Positions 1 to 8,347 of a stretch of 30,152 nucleotides of DNA are shown one piece after another. Each line of letters begins with the position of its first letter. Position 1 is the first letter of the stretch. The notes below the pieces were generated by a model. That model ran no database searches. It was not told where the DNA came from and saw only the letters and a program-made list of their open reading frames with translations. A program made the position numbers and the translations under genes. The DNA is from Polyangium aurulentum (lineage in GTDB: Bacteria > Myxococcota_A > Polyangia > Polyangiales > Polyangiaceae). The DNA lies in the NCBI GenBank assembly GCA_945875545.1, contig CAMCKZ010000034.1, positions 1-30,152 on the forward strand, given 5' to 3'.

Positions 1-438
1 GGCGTGGTTCTTGACGAGGTAATTTTTGGTCTCTTGGGAGCAGACCGAGCACCAACGGGACGATGCGACCAAGTGAATCACCTTGATGCCGCGCGTGCCC
101 TTGGGGTCGTAATAATCGGCGAGCGACACGGTCTTGAGGTTGTCGTCGAGGTTCGCGACGCCGCGGTCGATCGCGCCCGTCTTGAAGCCAAACCACTTGT
201 AGTTGCGCATCGTGCTGCCGGCGGTGGTTCGCACGCCGCCCGAGGAAAACGCCGCGCGGTTCGTGCCCCAATCCGCCGCGGGGTAGCAGTCACCCTCGGG
301 GTTCTTGTCGCAATTTGCGCCGCCGCCGTCGCCGCCCGTGGTGACCGGGGCATCAAGGCCTCCCTTGGTGCCCGCAACGCCGCTGCACGCGACAAGTGCA
401 ACTCCACTAAAACCGATAAGTGCTGCGCGCTTAAACAT
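1..438 (-). CDS. Thioredoxin-fold (TlpA/ResA-like) thiol:disulfide oxidoreductase lipoprotein, N-terminal 146 aa. The 3' end lies beyond the window start.
   Basis: The reverse strand is open from the ATG at 436-438 to the window edge: 146 codons with no stop. It is open-ended, so it is absent from the ORF track. Translation MFKRAALIGFSGVALVACSG... carries a lipoprotein signal with an LVAC lipobox. It ends ...IKVIHLVASSRWCSVCSQETKNYL. That is a W-C-x-x-C-x-x-E motif after a hydrophobic strand, as in TlpA/ResA redoxins. Confidence 0.5.
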   Translation of the reverse strand, partial: MFKRAALIGFSGVALVACSGVAGTKGGLDAPVTTGGDGGGANCDKNPEGDCYPAADWGTNRAAFSSGGVRTTAGSTMRNYKWFGFKTGAIDRGVANLDDNLKTVSLADYYDPKGTRGIKVIHLVASSRWCSVCSQETKNYLVKNHA

Positions 439-580
439 GGTGCCCTCTTTTTCTTTCGTGATAGGCGGCGCACCGTAGTCTGCCGTTGCCACACCGCAAC
501 CCCGTCTTCACACGAAGACTCTGCGCATCTGCTGAGACTGCAATTCACCGCCGCTACACCACATCGTGGAGTCCTGAACC

Positions 581-1600
581 ATGCGCCGTGCCGCAACTTT
601 TGCCGCAACTTTTGCCGCTTCCGCCTTCGCCCTCGTGGGCGCATTCCTTGCCGCCGCATCCTTCAGCGCGTGCGCCGCCGCCGACCCCGGGTGCAAGGCT
701 GGCAACGAAAACATCGGCGGGAGTTGCCGGCTTCTTTGCTCCACGCAAAGCGATTGCCCATCGCTTTTTTCCTGCGTTTCAGGCTCCGATAGCCCGAAGA
801 CGTATTGCAAAGAAAATGCCGCCGGCATCGGCACCGCGCCGACCCAGTTCGGTTCGCCGTGCAACGCGACCTTGAGGAAGATCACCGACCACCCCGATTG
901 CGACAGCGCGAATGGCTTCGCGTGCCTCGGCACCGGTCCCGCCGATGCGGATGCCTACTGCAGCAAATACGGGTGCGCTGCCGACAGCGAATGCCCCGGC
1001 GGATTCTTCTGCGGCAAGCTCAACGAGGCCCCAAACGTCAGCAATTCTGCTCGCAGTTTCGGCAAGTCCACGACCGCGTGCATGAAGCGTTCTGCGTTCT
1101 GTTCGCCCTGCGTAAAGGATGTAGACTGCAAGTCTCGCGGCTACGTTGGCCCCGCTCTTCATTGCCTCGGCACAGTGGGTGCCAAGTTTTGCAGCAGCGA
1201 GTGCGTCAACGACGGCGGCTGCAACCGCGACTCCTCTTGCAGCGCCGACGCCGGCGGCGGATTGAAAGCCTGCGCTCCGATCAGCGGGTCATGCAAAGGC
1301 AACGGCGCGCTTTGCTCGCGCTGCAACGCCGACGCCGACTGCGCCGAAGGCGGTTATTGCCTCGAACAAGAGTACACCAAAGAGCGCGCATGCACGGCAA
1401 AACCCACGGGTGGAGCCTGCGGCACCGGTGCGTGCGGCGCCGTTCCAGTGGGCGTTCCGTGGGTGATCCGCTGCGCAAAAGCCACCATTGGCCTCACCCC
1501 CACCGACTCCTGCGTCGGCCTCCGCGATTTCGGCACCGATAGGAAGGGCGCTCCCCAGCCCTACATCGGATGCTGGGCCGCGAACGCTGTAGAAAAGTAG
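581..1600 (+). CDS. Secreted or lipo-anchored cysteine-rich repeat protein of the myxobacterial Cys-rich repeat type, about 48 Cys in 339 aa.
   Basis: ORF-track frame. The N-terminal signal peptide is MRRAATFAATFAASAFALVGAFLAAASFSAC. The rest is dominated by CxxxC and CxC spacings (CRLLCSTQSDCPSLFSC, CNADADCAEGGYC, CSSECVNDGGCNRDSSC). No enzymatic motif was recognised. Confidence 0.6.
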   Translation: MRRAATFAATFAASAFALVGAFLAAASFSACAAADPGCKAGNENIGGSCRLLCSTQSDCPSLFSCVSGSDSPKTYCKENAAGIGTAPTQFGSPCNATLRKITDHPDCDSANGFACLGTGPADADAYCSKYGCAADSECPGGFFCGKLNEAPNVSNSARSFGKSTTACMKRSAFCSPCVKDVDCKSRGYVGPALHCLGTVGAKFCSSECVNDGGCNRDSSCSADAGGGLKACAPISGSCKGNGALCSRCNADADCAEGGYCLEQEYTKERACTAKPTGGACGTGACGAVPVGVPWVIRCAKATIGLTPTDSCVGLRDFGTDRKGAPQPYIGCWAANAVEK

Positions 1601-1668
1601 TTCCGCCCCCGCGTTAGGCCGTTGAAGTCCCACGATTTCCGGCCGACCGCTCTTAAGGTGTTGACGAG

Positions 1669-2865
1669 GTGCATCCACTGGCGGATCGTCCACCGTGGAT
1701 GTCCGCCGTTCTCCTCAAATGGACCCTGACCGACGCGCCGGGTGCCGCCGACATCGACGGGCTGATTCTCGGCTTTGCGGGCATGCTGCTGGCGCAGGGC
1801 ATTCCTGTGTCGCGCATGAATCTCCCGCTGTGGGTCAGGCACCCGCTCGTGCGCGTAGCGGGCTGGCTTTGGACGAAAACGACGGCCACGCCCGATGCCG
1901 CGCAAGTCCAGCATTTCAGCGTCACCGAGGTCACGTTCAAGTGGAAGCAGATGTACCAAAACAGCCCGTTTCCCCTGGTGATCGAGCACGGCGCAACGTT
2001 CGTACGTCGGCGCCTTGCGGACGAAAATTGCCCCATGGACTTCGCAATATTGACCGACCTTCGCACGGCCGGCGTGACGGATTATCTCGTGCTTGGGGGC
2101 ACCATTCGTCGCGGCGACCCGGTTGCCATGACCTTCGCCACCGACACGCCCGACGGCTTCAGCGATGAGCATGTTGCCGCCCTGGTGGAGGCCCTTCCCG
2201 CGCTCCTTTTGCACGTTGATTTGAGACTTGGGCAAGAGCTCACCGAAATCATTTGCGCCACGTATTTGGGGCCTCGCACCGGTGCGCGCGTCGCTGCTGG
2301 CAGCCTTCGCCGGGGAGAAGTGCAGCACATTGATGCGGTCATTGGCTTCTGCGATTTGCGGGGATTTACAGCCCTTAGTGCCCTGCGAACACCGGAAGAA
2401 GTGACGGTGCTTTTGAACGTCTGGTTCGACGCCATCAACAAACAGGTCCACGCGACGGGGGGCGAAATTCTCAAATTTATCGGCGACGCGGCGCTCGTCA
2501 TCTGGCCCGGAAATTCACGTGCAGTCTGCATGCAAGCTTTGGAGGCAGCGACGACCCTTCCTCAGGTGCTCCCGCCAGGGGTCGAGGGCGGGTTTGCTAT
2601 CCACCTCGGCGAGGTCGCCTACGGCAACATTGGTGCGGAGGACCGCCTGGACTTCACGGTGATAGGGGCCGCGGTCAACATCGCCAGTCGCCTCGAAGGC
2701 CTCTGCGGAAAGCTTGGCGTGCCCTGGCTTGTGTCCGACGCGGTGGCGGGCGAGGTGGACGGTGAATTGACGGACCTCGGCCTGCACGCGCTGAAGGGCG
2801 TCAAAGGGCCGATGCGCGTGTGGGGCCCACCTTTCACGCCCGGGGCAAAGACGCACGAATTGTAG
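1669..2865 (+). CDS. Class III adenylate/guanylate cyclase with an N-terminal sensor domain of about 200 aa and unknown family. The start is uncertain: GTG at 1669 or ATG at 1699.
   Basis: The C-terminal half has the cyclase homology domain: IGFCDLRGFTALS, KFIGDAALVIW, GEVAYGNIGAEDRLDFTVIGAAVNIASRLEG and LKGVKGPMRVW. The N-terminal domain is cytosolic, with no TM segment and no recognisable GAF/PAS signature. Confidence 0.8.
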   Translation: MHPLADRPPWMSAVLLKWTLTDAPGAADIDGLILGFAGMLLAQGIPVSRMNLPLWVRHPLVRVAGWLWTKTTATPDAAQVQHFSVTEVTFKWKQMYQNSPFPLVIEHGATFVRRRLADENCPMDFAILTDLRTAGVTDYLVLGGTIRRGDPVAMTFATDTPDGFSDEHVAALVEALPALLLHVDLRLGQELTEIICATYLGPRTGARVAAGSLRRGEVQHIDAVIGFCDLRGFTALSALRTPEEVTVLLNVWFDAINKQVHATGGEILKFIGDAALVIWPGNSRAVCMQALEAATTLPQVLPPGVEGGFAIHLGEVAYGNIGAEDRLDFTVIGAAVNIASRLEGLCGKLGVPWLVSDAVAGEVDGELTDLGLHALKGVKGPMRVWGPPFTPGAKTHEL

Positions 2866-4021
2866 CTACCACTTCGTGTTCGAGCCTCGTTGACGGGCCA
2901 AACGTCTCCGCCAAATCGTGACCGCGGCCGCCCGCCAGAATGGCCAAACGCGCGCCTTCTGAGCCGGTTAGCAGGTCAAACGCCCAGCGGTCGTGCACGA
3001 ACTCGTAAGCCTCGCGGCGAAATGAAAAGTGTTCGGCGTGGGCCGCGTGCACCTCGGCCAAGAGCGCCAGGTACGTAGCGTACGGTCTAAAACCAGTACA
3101 ATCCGTGACATGGATTTGCACGCCGCCGCACCTTTTTCCCGCGTGCTTGTGAAAGTTTGGCTGAAAGGTCATGGGCCGAATCGCCACCCCGGGAAGGCCG
3201 ATCGCCGCCATCTCGCGCGCGAGACGTTCGCCATCGAGCCACGGCGCGCCGAGCCACTCAAAAGGCCGCGTCGTTCCTCGCCCTTCGGACAGGTTCGTGC
3301 CCTCCAAGAGGCACGCGCCCGGGTAGACGATCGCGGTGTCGCCCGTGGGCATGTTCGGGCTCGGTGCTACGAAACGATCACGCCACGCATACCACGTATA
3401 GTCATCAGCCCACGGTCCGCCGATAACCTGCAAAAGCTCTGGTGGCACGCCGTGCGCACTCCGGTCCCAGGCACAGAGTTCGCCGAGGGTCAGGCCATGC
3501 CGCACGGGCACTGGCTCGAGTCCGACGAAAGACAAAAAGCGTGTATCCTGCAAGCGTCCCTCCATGCGCGCAGGCGACTGCCCAAGGGGGTTTGGACGGT
3601 CAAGGACGACGACGGGGATACCCCGCGCCCAAGCCGCGCGGCAGGCCAAGAGAGCGGTCCAAACGAAGGTGTAATAGCGACTGCCGACATCTTGGAGGTC
3701 GATGAGGAGCAGCTCGACGCCGTTCAAGTCCGCGGCACTCGGTGTGAGGCTCTCGAAAGTGGCGCCGTAGAGGGACCTCACGGGAATGCCGCGCGGGCCC
3801 TTGTCGTCGCCGACGCCGACCATGTCTTGCGCCTCGCCGCCAAAGCCGTGCTCCGGGCCGAAAAGCATCACGGGGTCAATTTGGCGAGCAAACAAGCACG
3901 AAAGAATGGGGGTAAATTCGCGGCTCACGCTGGCCGGGTGCGCAAGAAGTGCTACCCGCGACGCCCGCAACCGCGAGAGCATTGGCCCGTGATTGAGAAG
4001 GCTATCGAGGCCCGTTTCCAT
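2834..4021 (-). CDS. DUF1343/NamZ-family protein (exo-beta-N-acetylmuramidase-like, YbbC homologue).
   Basis: Family-typical blocks are RVALLAHPASV, LFGPEHGFGGEAQD, IPVRSLYG, LLIDLQDVGSRYYTFVWT, VVVLDRPNPLG, FVGLEPVPVRHGLTLGEL and YPGACLLEGTNLSEGRGTTRPFE. The start was moved from the track TTG at 4141 to the ATG of METGLDSLL at 4021. This avoids overlap with the divergent regulator start at 4077. The 3' end overlaps the convergent cyclase by 32 nt. Confidence 0.72.
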   Translation of the reverse strand: METGLDSLLNHGPMLSRLRASRVALLAHPASVSREFTPILSCLFARQIDPVMLFGPEHGFGGEAQDMVGVGDDKGPRGIPVRSLYGATFESLTPSAADLNGVELLLIDLQDVGSRYYTFVWTALLACRAAWARGIPVVVLDRPNPLGQSPARMEGRLQDTRFLSFVGLEPVPVRHGLTLGELCAWDRSAHGVPPELLQVIGGPWADDYTWYAWRDRFVAPSPNMPTGDTAIVYPGACLLEGTNLSEGRGTTRPFEWLGAPWLDGERLAREMAAIGLPGVAIRPMTFQPNFHKHAGKRCGGVQIHVTDCTGFRPYATYLALLAEVHAAHAEHFSFRREAYEFVHDRWAFDLLTGSEGARLAILAGGRGHDLAETFGPSTRLEHEVVATIRASLPRA

Positions 4022-4076
4022 GCGGGCACAGTGCGACAGTACTTGCAACCTCGCAACTTTTTCACAACATAGGCCC

Positions 4077-5441
4077 ATGCGCCGAGTTCTTGTGGTCGAC
4101 GACGAAGAAAATGTCCGTCTGGCTTTGACGACCTTGCTCAAGAAGCAGGGCTACGAGGTCGAGGTCGCCGCGAGCGGCCGCGATGCGCTCGAGCTTCTCG
4201 GCCGATTCGGTCCTGATTTTGTGCTGACCGACGTGCGCATGCCGCAGATGAGCGGCCTCGAACTGCTGGCAGAAATCAAGGCGCGCCGGATCGAGACCAC
4301 GGTCATTGTGATGAGCGCTTTCGGGCGCATTGAGCAGGCTTTGGAGGTGATTCGCGCCGGCGCGTACGACTACATCGCGAAGCCATTTCGAAGCGACGAG
4401 GTGGTGCTCGCCCTCAAGAAAGCCGAAGAACGCGAGATGCTTCGGCGAGAAAATCGCGCGCTCAAAGCGACCCTGCGCGAAGAAAATCGATTCCAAAATC
4501 TGCTGGCCAAATCCCGATCGATGGAAGCCATTTTTCGCAGCGTTCAAAAGGTTGCAGACTACAAGACCACGGTTCTTGTGACCGGCGAATCTGGCGTCGG
4601 AAAAGAGCTCATTGCCCGGGCGCTCCACGCGACCTCGGTGCGCAAAACCCAGCCTTTTGTCGCGGTAAACTGCGGAGCCATTCCTGAAGCGCTCCTCGAG
4701 AGCGAGCTCTTTGGGCACAAGAGGGGAGCTTTCACCGACGCGGTCAGTGACAGGCGCGGCCTCTTCGAAGAAGCCAGCGGAGGCACACTTTTTTTGGACG
4801 AAATTGGAGAGCTGCCGCTCGCCCTCCAGGTGAAACTTTTGCGCGTGCTCCAGGAAGACGTCATTCGCCGCGTGGGCGATTCGAAAGACGTGCCCATCAA
4901 CACGCGCATCGTGGCCGCCACACACCGCGACCTCATGAACGAGGTAAAAGCCGGGCGCTTTCGCGAAGATCTCTTCTACCGCATTCACGTTCTCCAGCTT
5001 CACGTGCCGCCGCTGCGCGATCGCAAAGAAGACATTCCGATTTTGGTGGAGCACTTTCTCGCCAAGAACAACGCGCGCCTCGGCCTCTCGATTCGGGGCT
5101 TCACGGCGGAAGCCCACGCCGTGCTCCTCGACTACCCGTGGCCTGGCAACGTGCGCGAACTGGAGAACACCATCGAGCGGTCGATGGTGCTCTGCGAGCA
5201 CGAAACCATCGGTGCCTCAGACCTTCCGGAACGCATTCGCGAGAGCTTGGACCCGGTGCAAGTCCAGCTCGCAACTGGGGAAATTTCCATCAAAAAGACC
5301 GTGGCGGCCATCGAGCAGCTTCTCATTCGCCGCGCCCTCTTGCGGACCAAAGGCAACCGCACGCGCGCCGCCGTTCTTCTTGAAATTTCGCATCGCGCCC
5401 TGCTCTACAAGCTCAAAGACTACGGCATCACCGACCTATGA
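4077..5441 (+). CDS. Sigma-54-dependent response regulator of the NtrC family: REC domain, AAA+ sigma-54 activator domain and Fis-type HTH.
   Basis: The REC domain is MRRVLVVDDEENVRLAL...DFVLTDVRMPQMSG. The AAA+ domain has Walker A GESGVGKE and the GAFTDA motif (ESELFGHKRGAFTDA), plus GGTLFLDEIGELP. The C-terminal HTH is RTRAAVLLEISHRALLYKLK. The start was moved to the ATG at 4077, where the REC domain begins. Confidence 0.92.
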   Translation: MRRVLVVDDEENVRLALTTLLKKQGYEVEVAASGRDALELLGRFGPDFVLTDVRMPQMSGLELLAEIKARRIETTVIVMSAFGRIEQALEVIRAGAYDYIAKPFRSDEVVLALKKAEEREMLRRENRALKATLREENRFQNLLAKSRSMEAIFRSVQKVADYKTTVLVTGESGVGKELIARALHATSVRKTQPFVAVNCGAIPEALLESELFGHKRGAFTDAVSDRRGLFEEASGGTLFLDEIGELPLALQVKLLRVLQEDVIRRVGDSKDVPINTRIVAATHRDLMNEVKAGRFREDLFYRIHVLQLHVPPLRDRKEDIPILVEHFLAKNNARLGLSIRGFTAEAHAVLLDYPWPGNVRELENTIERSMVLCEHETIGASDLPERIRESLDPVQVQLATGEISIKKTVAAIEQLLIRRALLRTKGNRTRAAVLLEISHRALLYKLKDYGITDL

Positions 5442-7090
5442 ATCCTCGCGCCCCCTTCGCCCTTGCACCCGCTGTTCTTGTTCTTGCAGTCTGCATGCAA
5501 TTATCGTCCGCCGCGGCGGCCCCGCCTGAGGCCGTCATGGCGCAAGGTGCTGCAAATGGCCACGCGGCAGCCGCCTCCGGGGCCAAGAATTCCGACGTCG
5601 CCCCGCCCGATGCAGACTCTCCGCGCGCCACCTGGCAACACTTTTCAAAGGCCTGCCGCGACGGGCACTTCGACGAGGCGTCGAAGTGGCTCGACCTTCC
5701 GAAGCACAGCGCGCAAGCCGACGGACCTCGCCTCGCGATGGAACTCGACGCCGTGCTTCGGCGGTACACAAGCCTCGACGACGACGATTTTTCTGCGCGC
5801 TCCGAAGGGGATGCGGCGGACAACCTAGGGCCTGGTATCGAGCAAATCGCCAGGATTTCGCAACCTTCGGCCCAAGGAAACGAGACGGTCAAGCTTGTTC
5901 GCAAGGCAGACGAAACCGGCGCGCGATGGCTCTTTTCGCGCACCACCGTGCGCAGCATCGGCGGTTGGTACCTCACCCTCGAAGACCGGTGGATACGCCC
6001 GCATCTGCCCCAGTCGTTCTTGCGCGAAGGCCCCCTCGACATTCTGATTTGGCAGTGGGCCGCGTTTGCCGTGGGCGTGCCCGCTCTCTTGGGGCTCGCG
6101 CGGGCCTGTGCCCTGGCCATTTTGGCGCTGGGTCGCCGGGTCTTTTATCGGATTTTTGGGTCCGGGGCGCACATGCCTTCGATGCTTGCGCCCCTGCAAT
6201 TGCTGCTGGCGGGTGCCAGTGGAAGCATGCTTCTTCGCTTCCTCGCCCTCGACCCGGTGAGCTACAAATTTTCCCGCGGTGCCCTCCTTTCAAGCATCGA
6301 GCTCGCGGTGCTTTGGGGCGCATCACGGAGCGTGGATCTCGTTGTGGATCGCGCCCGCGACACGCCTCTCGGCCACTTGCCTTTGTTCGAAGCGGGGCTC
6401 TTGCCGCTCGTCACGAAGATGACGAAATTGGGGCTCATTATCGTCGCCGCAATTTTGTCGCTCGCGAACCTCGGCTACCAAGTCGGAAGCCTCCTCGCCG
6501 GCCTTGGTATCGGCGGTCTCGCATTTGCTCTCGCCGCACAAAAGACAGTAGAAAACCTCTTCGGGGCTGCGGCCATCGGCCTCGACCAGCCCTTTCGAAT
6601 TGGCGATCCGGTGAACATCGACGGCGTGAAGGGCGTCGTCGAAGGCGTCGGAATTCGCTCCACACGCATTCGCACCGAGGGCCGATCCGTCGTCGCCATG
6701 CCGAACGCGAAGGTCGCCGAAATGCGCATCGAAAACTTCGCCCAACGCGACAGATTCTTCCTTCACGCGACGCTTCCGATTCCCCTCGCCTACCTCGGCA
6801 AACTCGCAAAACTGCTTGATTCGCTGGACGACGTGATTGAGTCGCACCCGAATCGCATTGGCGATGGCCATGCTGCGACCGTGTCGCGCATCGGTGCCAC
6901 GGGCTTCGAAATCGACATCAAAGGCTACTTCACAGCCGACGATGCCCTGGCGTTTGAGCGCCTGCGGCACCATGTATTTCTCAAGGTTGTCGCCGTTCTC
7001 GCAGACGCGCGCATTGAACTCACGCCCGCCGGAGGAGTCTTTCGCCTCGAGGGTTCCTTCGATAAAATCAGCGGCCAGGAGGCTCCATGA
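5438..7090 (+). CDS. MscS-family mechanosensitive channel protein with an N-terminal signal peptide and a periplasmic domain of about 170 aa.
   Basis: The ATG at 5438 overlaps the regulator's TGA (ATGA). The signal peptide is MNPRAPFALAPAVLVLAVC. Several TM helices follow, then the MscS core: LGLIIVAAILSLANLGYQVGSLLAGLGIGGLAFALAAQKTVENLFG...FRIGDPVNIDGVKGVVEGVGIRSTRIRTEGRSVVAMPNAKVAEMRIENF. Confidence 0.82.
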   Translation: MNPRAPFALAPAVLVLAVCMQLSSAAAAPPEAVMAQGAANGHAAAASGAKNSDVAPPDADSPRATWQHFSKACRDGHFDEASKWLDLPKHSAQADGPRLAMELDAVLRRYTSLDDDDFSARSEGDAADNLGPGIEQIARISQPSAQGNETVKLVRKADETGARWLFSRTTVRSIGGWYLTLEDRWIRPHLPQSFLREGPLDILIWQWAAFAVGVPALLGLARACALAILALGRRVFYRIFGSGAHMPSMLAPLQLLLAGASGSMLLRFLALDPVSYKFSRGALLSSIELAVLWGASRSVDLVVDRARDTPLGHLPLFEAGLLPLVTKMTKLGLIIVAAILSLANLGYQVGSLLAGLGIGGLAFALAAQKTVENLFGAAAIGLDQPFRIGDPVNIDGVKGVVEGVGIRSTRIRTEGRSVVAMPNAKVAEMRIENFAQRDRFFLHATLPIPLAYLGKLAKLLDSLDDVIESHPNRIGDGHAATVSRIGATGFEIDIKGYFTADDALAFERLRHHVFLKVVAVLADARIELTPAGGVFRLEGSFDKISGQEAP

Positions 7091-7578
7091 ACCGTCCATC
7101 AAGCCCTTCGAGCTTCGCCCTATTTCGTGGCTTTTCTCTGATGTTAGCCCTTACGGCGGCCCTCACAGTGGCCCTCACAGTGGCAACTGGCGCACGGGCC
7201 GATCAGTCTTACGACGAAGAGGGCGTCAACCTCGTCATCGCCCGCGCGTCACGCCAAGCCCAAGAGAACTGCGCCAAGACCCGCGGCCCAGACGGGCGGT
7301 TCGCCGGTCCGTGGGGCACCGTGAAACTCACCGTCGTCCTCAGTCACGGAAGCGGGCGGGTCAAAGACGTTTTCGTCGACGACGCCTTCGATGAAACGGC
7401 CACGGGTCGATGCGTGGAGAATGCCTTCAAGACGCTCATCGTGGGGCCGTGGTCGGGCAAAGACGTCACGATTGAGCGAGAGGTAGCTCTCCCAAAACCG
7501 CCGGAGGCCGTCGAAGAAGAGCGCTCGGCCGCCAAGCGCGGCGCGGACAAAACCCAGGTAAAAGGCAAGAAGAAGTGA
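7087..7578 (+). CDS. Hypothetical small secreted protein, 163 aa, Lys-rich at the C-terminus.
   Basis: The ATG at 7087 overlaps the MscS stop (ATGA). The signal peptide is MNRPSSPSSFALFRGFSLMLALTAALTVALTVATGARA. No family was recognised. The GTVKLTVVLSHGSGRVKDVFVDD segment is vaguely TonB-C-like. Confidence 0.5.
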   Translation: MNRPSSPSSFALFRGFSLMLALTAALTVALTVATGARADQSYDEEGVNLVIARASRQAQENCAKTRGPDGRFAGPWGTVKLTVVLSHGSGRVKDVFVDDAFDETATGRCVENAFKTLIVGPWSGKDVTIEREVALPKPPEAVEEERSAAKRGADKTQVKGKKK

Positions 7579-8285
7579 AGCTTCACCCGTCGTCAGACCC
7601 GGCGTCTACGAACGCCGCTTCTTACGTGCGGCCCGTCGTGCGCAGCTTTCGATTGGCCTTCGTAAAACACGCGGTGACGTGGGTGCAGGGCGGCGGGCAC
7701 GCGGTCGTGTGGGCGAGTGAACGCAAGGCATTTCTGGTCGTACCACAACCAGCCACAGGAAACCCGAGCGACTACGGACGCTGGGCGGCGTATGACCTTG
7801 GGCGCCGTCGGCTTCGCGTCGCGTCGAGCGGTCCCTTCGAGGGTTTTGGCTCCGTAAGCCTCAAGGGCGACGATTTGCCGATTGTCGAAGCCTGGTCCAT
7901 CCGAGACGGCATCCACGAGAATCCGACGAGAACGATGTCTCTCGATTGCGTGGCGTGCGGCGCGTGTTGCCGAAACAACACGGTGATCCTCGACGCGAAA
8001 GACATGGCCCGACTGCGCGCCGGTGCCCCCCAGGCGTTCGTTGACCGCGTCCGGCGAACCGATGGCCACCTCGTGCTCACCCTGCTCCCAAACGGCGACT
8101 GCGCGGCGCTGACGCACGCTGGCACCTGCGGCGTCTACGAGGCCCGTCCTGCGGCGTGCCGCGAGTTTCCGGCGGCGAGCGAATGCTGTCTTTTCTCGCG
8201 CGAAGAAGCTCTGAACATCGTGGATGGTGCCGCCACGGGCCCGTCGCTTTTTGCCACCTCGGCCTTTTCAACACCGGGGACTTAA
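7575..8285 (+). CDS. YkgJ-family (PF03692, CxxCxxCC) putative Fe-S or Zn-binding protein with an N-terminal extension of about 140 aa of unknown family.
   Basis: The GTG at 7575 overlaps the preceding TGA. The C-terminal half carries CVACGACCRN...DCAALTHAGTCGVYEARPAACREFP, the CxxCxxCC motif plus a downstream Cys cluster typical of YkgJ/UPF0153. The start is uncertain. An ATG at about 7995 would give only the YkgJ domain. Confidence 0.55.
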   Translation: MKLHPSSDPASTNAASYVRPVVRSFRLAFVKHAVTWVQGGGHAVVWASERKAFLVVPQPATGNPSDYGRWAAYDLGRRRLRVASSGPFEGFGSVSLKGDDLPIVEAWSIRDGIHENPTRTMSLDCVACGACCRNNTVILDAKDMARLRAGAPQAFVDRVRRTDGHLVLTLLPNGDCAALTHAGTCGVYEARPAACREFPAASECCLFSREEALNIVDGAATGPSLFATSAFSTPGT

Positions 8286-8347
8286 GGCGCGAATACCGAG
8301 CTCGCGGTGGTCGCTTTTTTTCGGGGGAATGGCTAGGTTCGCGCGCC

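Noticed and set aside
4-792. Track ORF of 262 aa on the + strand (also 78-659 on the - strand) at the window start.
   Set aside because: It is an Arg/Ala-rich, low-complexity shadow frame antisense to the open-ended thioredoxin-like lipoprotein gene, which has real motifs. This is typical of high-GC frame shadows.
3440-3460. Sigma-54-like tggcacgccgtgcgca and other TGGCAC hits (16590, 21392) as promoters for the EBP.
   Set aside because: None has the TTGC -12 element at the correct 11-nt spacing. All lie inside coding regions.
5686-6819. Track ORF of 377 aa on the + strand, extremely Arg-rich, inside the MscS gene.
   Set aside because: It is an alternative frame of a CDS with a clear MscS domain. 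Its composition (R/P runs) is characteristic of an out-of-frame high-GC reading.
8156-8347. N-terminal 64-aa extension of alaS in the track ORF.
   Set aside because: There is no similarity to AlaRS. The conserved N-terminus (TADEVRASFLAFF) starts right after the ATG at 8348. The extension also runs into the upstream gene's 3' end.
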